Source of the DNA: Chiloscyllium plagiosum
Lineage: Eukaryota
Length of the DNA stretch: 44,661 bases
Assembly (NCBI RefSeq): GCF_004010195.1
Contig: NC_057718.1
Span: 58,607,868 to 58,652,528, forward strand
Direction: 5' to 3'
In this document: piece after piece, positions 1 through 12,175 of the stretch
Layout of the letters: every line of letters begins with the position of its first letter
Numbering within the stretch: position 1 is the stretch's first letter
The notes under the pieces: generated by a model
What the model was told of the DNA's origin: nothing
Database searches by the model: none
Seen by the model: the letters and a program-made list of their open reading frames with translations, nothing else
Made by a program: the position numbers and the translations under genes

Positions 1-150
1 GTGGGAGGAAACCGGAGCACCCGGAGGAAACCCACGCAGACACGGGGAGAACGTGCAAACTCCACACATTCAGTCGCCTGAGGCAGGAATTGAACCCGGG
101 TCTCTGGCGCTGCGAGGCAGCAGTGCTAACCACTGTGCCACCGTGCCGCC
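1..150 (-). mobile_element. HE1-type tRNA-derived V-SINE, 5' part (cut by window edge)
   Basis: Reverse complement reads GGGCGGCACGGTGGCACAGTGGTTAGC (A box)...GGTTCAATTCC (B box)...GTTTGCACGTTCTCCCCGTGTCTGCGTGGGTTTCCTCCGGGTGCTCCGGTTTCCTCCCAC (V-domain core). Confidence 0.9.
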
Positions 151-157
151 CACAAAA

Positions 158-490
158 CCTTACAGTGGTTTACAAAATTATGAGGGGCATGAATAGGATA
201 AATAGGCAAAGTCTTTTCCCTGGGGTCGGGGAATCCGGAACTAGAGAGCATAGGTTTAGGGTGAGAGGAGAAAAATATAAAAGAGACCTAAGGGGCAACT
301 TTTTCACGCTGAGGGTGGTATGTGTATGGAATGAGCTGCCAGAGGAAGTGGTGGAGGCTGGTACACTTGCAACATTTAAGAGGCATTNNNNNNNNNNNNN
401 NNNNNNNNNNNNNNNNNNNNNNNNNNNNNNNGCATGGACGGGTTGGACCAAAGGGTCTGTTTCCATGCTGTACATCTCTATGACTCTATT
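158..490 (+). mobile_element. CR1/HER1 LINE 3' end
   Basis: VYKIMRG...LFP...TREHRFRVRG...RGNFFTLRVVCVWNELPEEVVEAGT; ends CTCTATGACTCTAT. Confidence 0.9.
388..431. other. Assembly gap (44 N)
   Basis: Run of N. Confidence 1.
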
Positions 491-1239
491 TGAATGCTTG
501 TACTCTGTTTTCTTATCCAGTCAGAAAATATACTAATCTCCAAAGATTGTTGAACAGGGTATGCAACACAATTGTAAACTTAAATGCAACATTATAAAGT
601 TAACTAATACAAAAGTAACATTGCGTTCAACAAACGAAAACGCGGCACTACAAGGACATGGCTGTTAAAGGTCAATGGGCTCGGAGTATACCACCTCTGT
701 CCTTTTCAAGCTTGAAATACTGGACTGAAATGCAAAACAGAAGCACCTTATTCTTTGAGCTCTAACTCTGCAACATTTGACTATTGTCTTCACTCTATAG
801 TCTCATGCTGCATTTCTTTGTCAAATGAAGCTAAGCACAGTTACATGATATTAAAGTGACAACATCTGCATTAGCTATACTTAAGCAGAATAATATAACA
901 TTAAGTTAATCAGTGAATGTACCTTAATTGTATGATTGTAGTTAAACTGAGTCAGTCATGAAATATTAGCTTCCTTACTAACCCTACAGTTCCCCTCTGT
1001 GAGGTTTAAAATGTCTGGCAATTGATACCTCACATAATAATTTTCTTATCTATTTTACAATTGTAGTTACAATTATAAATTCAAGCATTTTGTCTTCTCT
1101 AAGTTAGTTTCAAGTGAAATTTAGGTTCCCTCAAGCGTTTTGTATTCTTACTGTGCTTAAATGATTTGTTGTGACTTTTTACACAATTAGTGTCTGTCAG
1201 AAGCTAAAGGTAGCTTGCTGATTCATTGTAGATTTATGG

Positions 1240-1690
1240 AAATGTTACTTGCATTTCAGGGGTTAGGTTTTGAGGAGATGTTATACAAATTAAGCCTGTT
1301 TTCTCTAGAATTGAGAAGGTTAAGGGATGGTCTGATTGAAGTCTTCACAACATTAACAGGAAAAGGCAGGGTAGATAAACTATTTCCATTGGTTGGGGAT
1401 TCTAGAACTAGGGGGCATAGTCTGATAATTGAGGCCAGACCATTCAGGGGAGATGTTAGGAAGCACTTTTCCACCCAAAGGACAGTTGATGTTTGGAACT
1501 CTCTTCCACAAATGGCAGTGGATGCTGCTCAGTTGTTAATTTTAAATCTGAGAGAGACCATTTTTGTTAAGCAAAGGTATAAAGGAATATGAGCCAAAGG
1601 GAGATATATATATAGTTAGCCATAATCTCAGTGAAGAGTGGAACAGGCTTGAGGGACTGAATGGCCTAATCCTGTTCCTCTGGTCATAGG
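1240..1690 (+). mobile_element. CR1 LINE 3' fragment
   Basis: LSLFSLELRRLRDGLIEVF...SRTRGHSL...VWNSLP; 3' UTR GGCTTGAGGGACTGAATGGCCTAATCCTGTTCCT. Confidence 0.85.
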
Positions 1691-2069
1691 TTTAAGCTTT
1701 GAGTGAGGCGATCTGTTCAAATTGCCAAATTTTCTTTAGATTTTAGATTCTCGACACCCATATTAAAACTCACCGTATTCTGTTTGTCGTAATCTCTGAA
1801 TAAAATTGATTTAGAGTTATGCTATACATCTGTTTGTCATCCTTCAGTTTTCACCAGCAGGTCAATTTACTCTATAGCAACAAAACAAGATCACAAATTA
1901 ATTTTAAATTCTCCAGGTCTCCCTTCACCTTGAAGACATTTCTTGCTAGCATTCTTATTCTAGACCCACAGTTGTTCGAATCAAATTTCTGTCATTTTTC
2001 TTTAATTTTATTCACGTTAGAATGTATCAATGTGTTTAACTGAATCCAAATTGTTTTAAGATCCCAATA

Positions 2070-2320
2070 CGGTGAGGGGGAAAGATTTAAAAGACAACTG
2101 AGGGGCAACGTTTTCACGCAGAGGGTGGTGCATGGTGTGGAACAAACTGCCATAGGAGGTGGCAGAGGCTGGTACGATTACAACATTTTAAAGGCATCTG
2201 GATCGGTATATGAATAGGAAGGGTTTAGAGAGATGTGGGCCAAATGTTGGCAAATGGGACTAGGTCAGATTGAGATGTCTGGTCGGTATGGACCAAAGGG
2301 TCTGTTTCCAGACTGTATGG
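2070..2320 (+). mobile_element. CR1/HER1 LINE 3' fragment
   Basis: GGGGCAACGTTTTCACGCAGAGGGTGGTG...GGACCAAAGGGTCTGTTTCC, homologous to 158-490. Confidence 0.85.
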
Positions 2321-3244
2321 GTAAAAGGTCCCTCTGATTTGCAGCTTTCTGCAACATTTATCCATTTAAATAATGTTTTCTTTTGTTCTCCCTTCCAAAA
2401 TGAGCAACTACACATTTTCCAACACTATATTCCATTTGCCAAGTTTTGTCCATTTACTTATCCTATCAATATAACTGTCCCTCTTGTATTGTTAAGTGGA
2501 ATAGGCCACTGTACAACTGAGCCCCCCTCATGCAGGCATTGAATGAGGCGTTAAGGAAGACACGTAATTGCCAATAGTTCGAATTGTTGCAATATTTGTG
2601 ACTTTTTTTTCAGCACTTGAACAGAAGTACAATGGGTTGGTTAGTTCAGATTAAATAGTTTCAGGCAAGTGTTAGAAGTCCTATGAAAGTCAATATGAGG
2701 TTCCTGACTCCTGATATGTTCATTGGAGCAATAAATATCTTTTGGGAGCCATTAATGATCTTAGAAGCTGTTTCTGGTGCCTTGTTGTCAGTAGTCACTG
2801 AACTATCACTCTTTCGAGCATGTTCTGCAGGCCAAGAGAAACTGCCTGAAGCAGGATGTAGGGGTGTACGTAGTTAGGCCAAAGGATCTGTTTCTGTGCT
2901 GTATAACACTGTAACTATGATTCTCTATGTAATGCATTTTGACTCTCTTTGATCTCACCAAAAGATCTGGATAGCCAGTCCTTACTTATCTCTGCATTCT
3001 TTGCCTCAGATGCTGGCCTGACTATCAAATTCAGTTCTCTTAAAAAGAAGACAAGGCCACAAACATTGCCAAGAGAAAAACATTGATTTATTGCTTTTAT
3101 TTAGTGTTTCCTTCCACTAAAATGCATGCTAATATCAAGTTGACCGAGTTACACCAAGACACATTTTTCCAATCTCTGTTATTTGCTGATTTATTTGTCT
3201 CTGTCTTGTAGCCTCAATTAATTTTTCTCATTTTAAATGTATGT

Positions 3245-3695
3245 GTAAGCACATAAGAAATAGGATCAGCAGTTGCAATTGAGCCCGTCAAGCCTGCTCC
3301 ACCATTTTATACAATCATGGTTGTACAAATCTCAGCCTCAAGTTCTATTTCCTGTTGACTCTCCAAAACCCTAAATTATAAACCTGTTTATCTCTTCCTT
3401 AAATTTATTTAGTGTCCTGGCATCCACAGCTCTCTGAGATAGTGAATCCCACAGATTCATGACATTTTGAGAGAAGTAACTCCTCCTCATCTCTGTTTTA
3501 AATCTGCCACTCCTTAGCTTAAAATTATGGTGTTTGCCCCACAAGGGGAAACATCCTTTCGACATCTAATTTGTTAATCCTCTTTAGCATCTTATATACC
3601 TCAATTAGATCTCCTCTCATTTTTCTCGTGAGTATTGGCCTAAATTGTGCAAACTTTCCTCATAAGACAAGCCTTCCACATCCCAGCAATTACTA
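3245..3695 (-). mobile_element. CR1 LINE 3' fragment
   Basis: ORF 3371-3565(-) RFKTEMRRSYFSQNVMNLWDSLSQRAVDA; CR1 3' UTR near 3250-3310. Confidence 0.85.
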
Positions 3696-3979
3696 TCCTA
3701 TCTCATTCATGAGCTCCAGAGAAACTTTTATGGTCCAATAAAATATTCTCAGAAAACTTTAAAGCAGGACTCAAATATTTATGTTTGATTCCAGGCAATT
3801 TTATGTTTTGTTTGGTTGTTCTTTATCTTAGATGACTTTAGTTTTCAAATATTACTTCATAAATCACTTGGGTTTTTATCACATCTCAAATTTTTCCCAA
3901 ATTCAAACACAACCATCTGTTTAAATGGGAGCATACTTGGAGGGATCCTCCAATCCTATGCATCCTGTGCTGGCTGCTG

Positions 3980-4640
3980 CAAGGGATGGTATTGGAAACT
4001 CCCCAATTACCTTTGTTTATGCATTCCATGGGGTCCTTAATCCATGTCTAAAGAAGGTGTCTTGGGCTTTGGCAAATTCACTCTTAGTTGATCACCAAGC
4101 TTGCCTCCCGAAATCGATTGAACTATTCTGATAAATGTTGCAAATGTTCTTTCCATGTATGATTAAAAATCACCAGGTCATCAATGTATACTACCCAATT
4201 GGGTAAACTGGATTTGACCGTATTGGTTAGTCTTTATAATGTGGCTGGCGCATTTTTCATACCAAATGGCATGATTTTAAATTGATACAGTCCATTCGGC
4301 GTTATGAAAGCCAAATTGTCTTCGCTCTTTCGGTCAAAGAGATCTGCCAGTACTCTCTGAGCAAGTCCAACTTAGTTGCCTCTCCCACCTTTTCAACACA
4401 AGTCTTCCAAATGTGGATTTGGATATGCATCAGTCTTGGTAATTGCACTGACTTTGCAATAATCCACACAACTGTTTGGTACCATTTGGTTTTTGCACCA
4501 TTAGATGGGTGAGCTCCCATCACTATAACTCATTTGATTTTGTCATCTTGGAGGATGCGTTCAATCTCCTTTTGAACCTGTGCCAACTTTAGAGGGATTG
4601 TGCCTATAAGGATGTTGCTTAATCAGAACAGCATTTTCTA
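3980..4640 (-). pseudogene. pol: Gmr1 reverse transcriptase remnant
   Basis: IKQHPYR, TKLDLLREYWQISL, MPFGMKNAPATL, YIDD (4177-4188), TKVIGEFPIP. Confidence 0.88.
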
Positions 4641-4879
4641 AATCTACATTATGGATAATTACGTTCGTACTTCCCAGCTTATTTCCACATATCTCCCCAT
4701 GTGATTTCAATAACCCTTTCAGGTCATTTTGATTTTCCTGTGGAAGGTAACTCAATAATTTATCCCAATTTCTGAAAACTTCCTCATTGTTCAATTTAAT
4801 TTGAGGAATGTCCAATTCAGAATCCTCTGAACTTGATCCTTCACTCCTTGTTGTAACTAATAACACATTCTCCTTTTGT

Positions 4880-5900
4880 TTTCCTTCCCTATCAAAATAC
4901 CTTTTGAGCATATTCACATGACACACTCTGTGAGATTTCTTTCTGTCTGAAGTCCTTGTCAAATAGTTCACCTCACTCAATTTCCTTTCGACTTGATAAG
5001 GTCCACTAAACCTTGCTTTTAAAGGTTCACCAATACTGGAAGTAACACTCAATTTAACTCTGATGGCAAAATTGCAAGTTTTTGATTTCTTGTCTGTTTC
5101 CTCTTTCTTTGTATGCTGTGATACTTTTAAACACTACCCAGCCCACTCAATTTAATCATTCCCTAAAATCTGACGCACAGTCCAAATATGTGGTCTTTGA
5201 AATCTGGCTCAACAATTTCTCCTTATTTAGTTTTAATGGTCCTCTCACTTCATGCCCAAAAGCTAATTCAAATGGACTGAATTTGGTTGATTCATTTGGT
5301 TTATCTCTAATGGCAAAAAGTGCAAATGAAATTCCTTTATCCAATTTAATCTGGACTATAAGTCCTCAACATGATCTTTAATGCCTGATGCCACCTTTCT
5401 AGTCCTCCCTTCAATTCTGGATGGTACACAGTAGATTTGAATTGTTTTATTCCTAAACTGTCCATAGCTTTCTTGAATAATTTTGATGTAAAATTTGACC
5501 CTTGATCTCTGTGGGTAATCTGTATCTTGTGAAAAAATTTGAGTAAATCCTCTGCAATCCTTTTAGCTGTGATATTGCTTAATGGAATAGTCTCTGGAAA
5601 TCTCGTGGACATGTCCATTATTGTTAACAAATATTGATTGCCTCTTTTTTGTTTTAGGTAGGAGTCCTACAAAATCAATTAAGGCTCTTATAAAAGGTTC
5701 TTCAAATGCAGGAATAGGGATTAAAAGTGTGGGTTCTATTATTGCCTGTGGTTTTCCAGTTTCCTGAAATGTATGACATGTCTGGCAAAATTCAACTACA
5801 TCCTTGTGCAGTCCAGGCTTGAGTTTGTCTTACCCCTAAATGACTTCCTACTGGGAGTTCATGCACTACTCACAACACCTCCTTTCTATAACCCGCTGGC
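4880..5900 (-). pseudogene. pol: Gmr1 integrase remnant (HHCC, DDE core, GPY/F)
   Basis: HEL..GSHLG...FCQTCHT; LIDFVG; DQGSNFTS; YHPE..GGLERWH; FSPFELAFGHEVRGPL; ARFSGPYQV...HVNMLKRY. Confidence 0.9.
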
Positions 5901-6329
5901 AATATGACTTGATGAACTTCTGTCCATTTCTCATCTGCCTGAATGTGTGATGATTTCCATTTCCTCATTAAGACATCATTTTTAAGATAGTAGCACTCAG
6001 GGGTAGATCTAGGTTATTCTTCCATGTATGTCTTTTTATACAATTGCTTTAATTTTTTTTCATCTTTCTGCTGTAACTCAGTTAATTTCTTTGAGCTAAA
6101 GATGTCTACTTTATCATCCATTTGCTCTTGGTTTGTCTCAACCATCTGATCAAACAGGATCTCTGCTAATTCCACTTCAACCTTCTTATCTGTACTGTTT
6201 GTTCTCTCCTGTTTCAACTAGTGACTTTGTGACCTCATTATCGCACAGTCAGGAGATGCTTCCTGTAATAGCTCAGTTGCCTGATTTTCCACTGGCTTTT
6301 TCACAGTATGCAGCAATCCTACCTGTGTA

Positions 6330-6640
6330 CCAGCTATTTCATTAGCAAGGACAAATTATTTTGTAGGAGCTGAGAGTTTTTCCAGTACTCCTACCATGAC
6401 TTCTCCACTCTTCATTGGACAGTCTAACCTCACGTTACATAATTGAGCACTTCTTGTATCACTGTGAATTCCACTTACTAGCATTAATCTGGCAGTAGTC
6501 CTTCGGAGGTACATATCTCCTCATCTTTCAACATTAAATATTGAGAGGATCCTCTGTCTCTTACTATTGTAACCTCTTGACCTGCTGCTCCTGGCGTACC
6601 TGAGTAAAGCTTACCTTTGCAAGTGTATGGTTTAAGAAGA
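6330..6640 (-). pseudogene. pol: Gmr1 aspartic protease remnant
   Basis: VTIVRDRGSSQYLM resembles the (L)RDTGAS(Q) protease motif and lies between gag and IN. Confidence 0.7.
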
Positions 6641-6779
6641 CCTGGCACTTCCTCCTTAACCAGCCTCTGACCAGCTTGTACATTCTGGTACAGCTTTCTA
6701 GCCTCCACTGTGCTTTCTGTTACCACTCCAACAAAATTCACTGGCTTTTCCTGCTTTCCTACATCTGGCTTCCCAGTGC

Positions 6780-8010
6780 TTTTCCTAACCCACCATAACT
6801 ATGATTTCATATTGCTTACTTTATTGCAGTGAAAACATCAGAGCCTTTTAAGTTCTCTTTCCCTTTCAAGGGTTTCCTTTTTACCCTGTGGTAAGTTATC
6901 CTTATGATCTTCACCAAGATCTACTTTTCCCTTACCATGTGAGGATTTCTCTTTTCCCCAATTTTTATCCCTCCCGGATTGAAATTGATGTTGGAAGCCA
7001 AACTTTGATTAATGGACCAAATCATAATCATCAGTCATTTTAGCTGTTATCTTGCTGTTTTAACTCTCTGCTCTTCCACATGGATTCTCACTAGTTCAGG
7101 AAATGAATTAATGAACTCCTCCAAAATAATCGTCTAAGAGCGTCATAGGTTTGCTCTATTTTTAATGCGCTTATCATCCTATCACAATTACTTTGTTTGA
7201 TCCTTTCAAATACAATGTAGATTTGACCAGGATACATGCTTAGATTCTTGAAACGTTGTCTGTTGGCTTCTGGTACAAGCTCATATGCACGTAAAGTGGC
7301 TGTCTTCATCTCCTCATACGCCTCAGATACCTCCTCTGATAGTGATACAAATACCTCACTAGCTCTACCTACAAGTTTGTTTGGATCAACAAAACCCACA
7401 TGTTTCATTTGTTTAGCCACCTTATCAAATGAGATGAAAAAGGCTTCTACATCTTTGTCATCAAATTTCGGCAATGCTTGGATATTTTTAAACAGATCCA
7501 TACCAGGTCTTTGGCTCCAATGGGTTTGCTCATCCTTATGCTCTTCCTTACTCAACTTACCTTCTGCCTTCATCTCCATCCTTTTTCACTGACTTTCCTG
7601 GCTAAGTGCCAATTTATGAAGTTCAAATTCTCTCTTTCTCCCTTTTTTCTTCTCTGTCTTTTTCTCTCCTCTCTCTCTCACTTTCTTCTCTCTCTTTCTT
7701 TCCTTTTGTCTTCCCTCTGCTTTTAATCATCATTTCATTTTCTCTTTCTTTTTCTTTTGCTTCTAACTCAAGCTGCTTCATTTTAAATTGGATTTTAGCC
7801 ATCTCCAAAGATTCTGATGGTCTTTACTGCAAATTCAAATGCTGAACTATTGTTGCAATAACCACATCACTTTTCAGAGACACAGACAATTTCAACTCCA
7901 ATTTGACTGCCAATTCCAGCAGCTTTTCCTTGTTCACCTTTTGTAAAGCCTCCAAATTCACTTCTTCCACCCCCAGAAAACTCTTGGCAACTGAAAGAGT
8001 CATTACTGCA
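6780..8010 (-). pseudogene. gag: Gmr1 gag remnant (coiled coil, capsid-like region, degenerate zinc knuckle)
   Basis: LQKVNKEKLLELAVKLEL; E/K/R-rich coil 7620-7800; PKFDDKDVEAFFISFDKVA...LRAYELVPEANRQRFK; CFHCNK near 6820-6837. Confidence 0.82.
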
Positions 8011-8123
8011 CCAACACTGTTTAAAGCAATCGAATTCAACACCCAGAGCAAAAGACAATAAAGCCTACATCTCGCTGCCTTTGAGTTCAAGAACCCGAAT
8101 TCCAAATTGGAACGATAGAATAA

Positions 8124-8142
8124 ATCCTGAAAAGAGCCCCCA
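8124..8142 (-). promoter_or_regulatory. Primer-binding site, tRNA-Pro-like
   Basis: Minus strand TGGGGGCTCTTTTCAGGAT, 3 nt after the LTR end; resembles tRNA-Pro PBS TGGGGGCTCGTCCGGGAT. Confidence 0.8.
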
Positions 8143-8145
8143 ATC

Positions 8146-8775
8146 TGTTATGGACCAGGTCAGACCCCCTCAAAATATTTTAAAGAAGGTAACCCAGACC
8201 CTAACGTTTCCAGTTGTTTTGGGCAAATGTTAAGGTGGATATCGCAGGCATGATGCAGCAGATCAAACCACTTGGCTTCAAGTAAAATAGAATTTATTTA
8301 CACACCACCAAAGGAAATAAAAACAAAATAATTCAATTTAGAATAACAACAACTTGAAAACCTGACTAGCACGATCTAACTTAACAAAGAACCATTCCAA
8401 TTACCTGCAACATCCCATAAACACACTGCCTTGGCAAAAAGGTAATTTCAAACACAGGTTCTTACAAGACAGATGGCAGAGAGGAAGAGAGAGAATCGAT
8501 GTGGAGCCTCTTTTCAGTGTAGCTGTTTCTTTTTCCCTAGTAGTTTCTTGGGGTCCCCAGCTAAAACTAAAAGCCAAACTAGAAAAATCTCTGAACTGGG
8601 AGAATTGGCCACTCCCCTTTCAAAAATCCGTTTCCCTGATTATTGCCTTAAGCAGTATCTGTCAACCATTAGCAAAGTCCCTAACCCAGACAAATCGAAC
8701 CTCTGTCTTTACAACCCCTCTTGGAAAAAAAAGCCAAGGACAACTTAACCTTGTTAAAGGAGCAGCATCGTCACA
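8146..8775 (-). repeat. 5' LTR of the Gmr1 element (about 630 bp)
   Basis: Minus strand TGTGACG...CATAACA (TG...CA), AATAAA inside, next to the PBS, homologous to 15239-16851. Confidence 0.8.
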
Positions 8776-9119
8776 GGATGTAAATGGAAGGCAACACAAA
8801 CTACTCCTTCACAGAGTGAGTTTAGGCTCAGCCTATTATCTAGCGTGAACCCCCCCTCCCCAGCCCTCCCAAACCTTCATGTTTCATTCTTCTTTGCCCA
8901 CCCTGTTAACTCCGTCAGGTTTGAGGTACCCTATGTTTGCATTCAACACCTTTACTTAACTCTTTATCTTTCTACCCTATGAGCCTGAGTCTTGCCGTTT
9001 AGTGATTCCAAATGATGTAAGGTACTGTACCCGAACGGAAGCCCACGGTGGTGGTGACCAATGATGCCTTCAATGGTTCCTTTCCGTAGGATCCTCTGAC
9101 TATCAAAAGCATCTCTTGA

Positions 9120-9220
9120 AATAAAAACAGAAAATACTGGTGAAACTCAGCAGTCTGGCAGTATCTATGGAGAGAGAAACACAGTTAATGTTTTGTGTCC
9201 AGTGAAATTTCTTTGGAACA
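9120..9220 (-). mobile_element. Old Penelope-like pLTR 3' end fragment
   Basis: ACAGAAAATACTGGTGAAACTCAGCAGTCTGGCAGTATCTATGGAGAG matches 29390-29440, the terminus of a GIY-YIG element. Confidence 0.55.
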
Positions 9221-9514
9221 GTCACAATTGCCTTGACAAAATCACCTTAGTTTTGAGACATGATCTTTTGGTTGAAGCACTTTCGGTGTGTTTGCTGCAT
9301 CAGCTTTTGGCACATTCTGTAGGCATGTTATTAATGTAGTATGGTGACATTCAACAATGTAGTCATTCCTGCCAGACATGACAGATGACTGGTTGTTATC
9401 TGTGCTAAAAGGCAAGGCGAAGTAATATGAACCTTTAAATTCTGAATGTGGCAGCAATGTACAGTAAGGCAAGGCTAGGTATAGAAGCTGCGAGCGTCTA
9501 AGTAAGCACAAAGT

Positions 9515-9808
9515 GGGGCAGCATAGTTGTTAGCACTGCTGCTTCACAGCACCAGTGTGTCCCAGGTTTGATTCCAGTCTTAGGTGACTATCTGTGTGAA
9601 GTTTGCATGCTCTCCTGTGTCAGTGTGAGTTTCCACTAGGTGCTCCAGTTTCTTTTCGTAATCTAAAGATGTGCAAGTTAGGTTTAGCCATGGTTAAAAA
9701 AATGCTCATTGCAGGGTTCTGGGTCTGGATGGAATGCTGTTTGAAGGGTTGGTGCAGGTTCAATGAGCAAAATTACTTCTTTCTGCACTCTTGAGATACT
9801 ATGATTCT
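9515..9808 (+). mobile_element. Diverged HE1-type V-SINE
   Basis: GGGGCAGCATAGTTGTTAGCACTGCTGC...GGTTTGATTCC...V-domain-like core...ACTATGATTCT tail. Confidence 0.8.
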
Positions 9809-9821
9809 TTGAAACGAAGTA

Positions 9822-10165
9822 TAGGTACACAATCCTTTGTCCAAAATTTCGTAATCCGAAAAGCTCTGAAATCCAAAGTTTTTGTCGTGAAGTTTTTTTG
9901 TATAACAAGGTTGTTTGGCATGCGAACAGGTGACCCAACTTCAAACACCTTCGACCCACATCACTCAGGTGTCATGAGGTAGCGTGGCACAGCACTGGCA
10001 GGCATCAGTTGTGCCTCAGTGCTCGTAGTAGACACACATGGGTCTACTGTTTAATAAGATGTTTTAATTTCACTGTGAAAATGTCATTTATTCTGAAATC
10101 TGAAAAATCACAAAATCACAAAAACAACTGGCCCCAAGGAATTTGGATAAAGGATTGTGTACCTG
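9822..10165. mobile_element. Non-autonomous Tc1/mariner (pogo/Tigger-like) MITE
   Basis: 24-bp TIRs TAGGTACACAATCCTTTGTCCAAA / TTTGGATAAAGGATTGTGTACCTG (22/24 match); TA on the left, TC on the right. Confidence 0.8.
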
Positions 10166-10846
10166 TCTTAAGAAATCAAGCGTTGAGTTCTACCCATTTC
10201 TGATGCATAACGCTATTGTCCCTGAGCACAATGCAGCCTGGAAGTATTACATTGAGAAGTATTGGTGAACCCCAAAGTACAGTATTAGATTGGTGAACTG
10301 GATTATTAGCGATTCCGAGATATGCCATGGTGATGGGGTGAGTCTGGTGTGCTTGGTCAATGTCAATCTCTCTGGTTGGAGGATGGGGGTGATCATTGCA
10401 CATGGAATACCCCACATGAAACTGGCCACCATGATGACTCAGAAAGCACATTGGTGAGTGACAGCTACCTGTTGCCAACTATGACTTTCATATTGGAAAT
10501 TGTCACTGTCTACTTTCTTACCACTGCTTGGGAAAATAATAATGCACAGATAAACGAGGCAATATTTGTAATAACAAAATGCTAATGCATGCAAATAGGC
10601 CCCTTGCTATTCACTTGCGCGATTCTCAATTAGAGGTTGAAATATTCTGCGCAAAATCAAACTTTCATTTCTGTATGTAAAGAATCTGATTTCTACATTT
10701 GCACTATATTTTCCCAATTGTTTCATCATTGTCCATGTTGTTCAGGAACTGGGAAAATTCAGCCCAATAATTCAGGACAAAATTAATCATTACTTGGGCA
10801 AATGTGGGTCTTTTAAGAAAAACCAGAATGGATTTGTTATCATTGA

Positions 10847-11027
10847 GGAGAAAGTGAGGTCTGCAGATGCTGGAGATCAGAGCTGGAAATGTGTTGCTGG
10901 AAAAGCGCAGCAGGTCAGGCAGCATCCAGGGAACAGGAGAAGGGCTTATGCCCGAAACGTCGATTCTCCTATTCCCTGGATGCTGCCTGACCTGCTGCGC
11001 TTTTCCAGCAACACATTTCCAGCTCTG
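10847..11027. mobile_element. Palindromic Penelope-derived mini-element (family A pLTR ends, inverted)
   Basis: 64-nt arms 10878-10941 and 10964-11027 with 1 mismatch; loop GGGCTTATGCCCGAAACGTCGA. Confidence 0.85.
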
Positions 11028-11369
11028 GATTTGTTATCAGTCAATTGTGTTTAACTAAGTTGCTTGCATTTATAGATGGAGTGACAGTGAATAAAATGAG
11101 GGTCATGATTATATGGTGTGTTATCGTATTTTTACTCGACCTGTATAGACATATTATGGCATACTTCTGGAGCAGGTGGGACTTGAATCCGGACATCAGG
11201 ATACAAGATGTGATCTGTGACATTTGAACTGCTGCAACAGCACACTCATAATTAATGAACAATGTCGTACAGGATTTATCAATGACAAACAAAATTTACA
11301 AACTAATCTCTCTGTATTCAGTTGGGTCCTTACTTTATAAATATCTCAAAGAGCATGATTCAATTTTAT

Positions 11370-11885
11370 GATAGACATCCCCAGGGATCAGTGTTCAGGC
11401 CTCTGCTCCTTCCAATGTATGTTGACCATTGAAATCTTGATTTACAGGGTATCATTTCAAAAGTTACAATTGGCACAAAACTTGGAAGTATCATAAATCA
11501 TGAGGAAGATGGTATAGAATCTTAAAAATAATTTAGTAAAATGGATAGACAAGTAACAGAGGGCATTCAATGCAGGAAGGTAAGAAATTATTCAATTTTG
11601 GGAGGATGAGCATAGAGAAATAAAACAAAAATGAAAGGAAATTTCTAAAGAAGGCACAGGAACAGAGAGAGAGAGAGGGAGAGACTAATGAATATATGTA
11701 TGTAAGTCTTTGATGATGGTAGGATGTGTTGAGAGAGATTAATAAAGCATGTAGCATCCAGACTTCATCAACTGGAACATAGAAAACAAAATGAAGGGGC
11801 TTACATTAAACCTTTACAAAACAGTGGTTCAAAATCAGCTGGAGTAATGCATCTTGTTCTCTGGGCAACAACGTTTGGGAAACTT
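11370..11885 (+). mobile_element. Old CR1 RT fragment
   Basis: CCCCAGGGATCAGTGTT (PQGSV) followed by degenerate downstream CR1 RT motifs. Confidence 0.6.
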
Positions 11886-12175
11886 GAGGCCTCAAATCAC
11901 TGTTATCTGGTTCTCATGCTTTTGCCAATAGAAACAGATTCTCTCTAAGTACACTGTTCTGAGGCACTGCAGTTTTGAACACTTCAATCTGACCTCCTCT
12001 TAATTTTCTCTTATCCAAAGAGAACAGCTCCAGATCCTCTATTGTATTCACAAACTGAAGTTCCTTATCCATGGATTCATTCTTGGGAGTCTTTTCTGCA
12101 TGCTCTCTGATGTCTCCATAGCCTTCCCCAACTGTGATTCACAGAATTGGGCACAATCTAATTGATATTAAACCA
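11885..12175 (-). mobile_element. Old CR1 C-terminal fragment
   Basis: Minus strand reads LELFSLDKRKLRGGQIEVFK. Confidence 0.55.

Larger units (their letters stand above)
3960..8775 (-). mobile_element. Decayed Gypsy LTR retrotransposon, Gmr1 clade (5' LTR-PBS-gag-PR-IN-RT; RNase H and 3' LTR not seen)
   Basis: Domain order on the minus strand is gag, protease, integrase, GPY/F, then RT with YIDD; many stops and frameshifts. Confidence 0.9.

Noticed and set aside
60..150. tRNA genes (also 9515-9580, 21550-21627 and 35230-35294)
   Set aside because: tRNA-derived heads continuous with SINE/LINE bodies; no complete cloverleaf evident
7606..7845. CT-rich tract as a microsatellite or S/L/F-rich ORF
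   Set aside because: Antisense of the E/K/R coiled-coil region of gag
9061..9099. C/D-box snoRNA-like ATGATG...CTGA
   Set aside because: Imperfect C box, too short, no terminal stem and no recognisable guide
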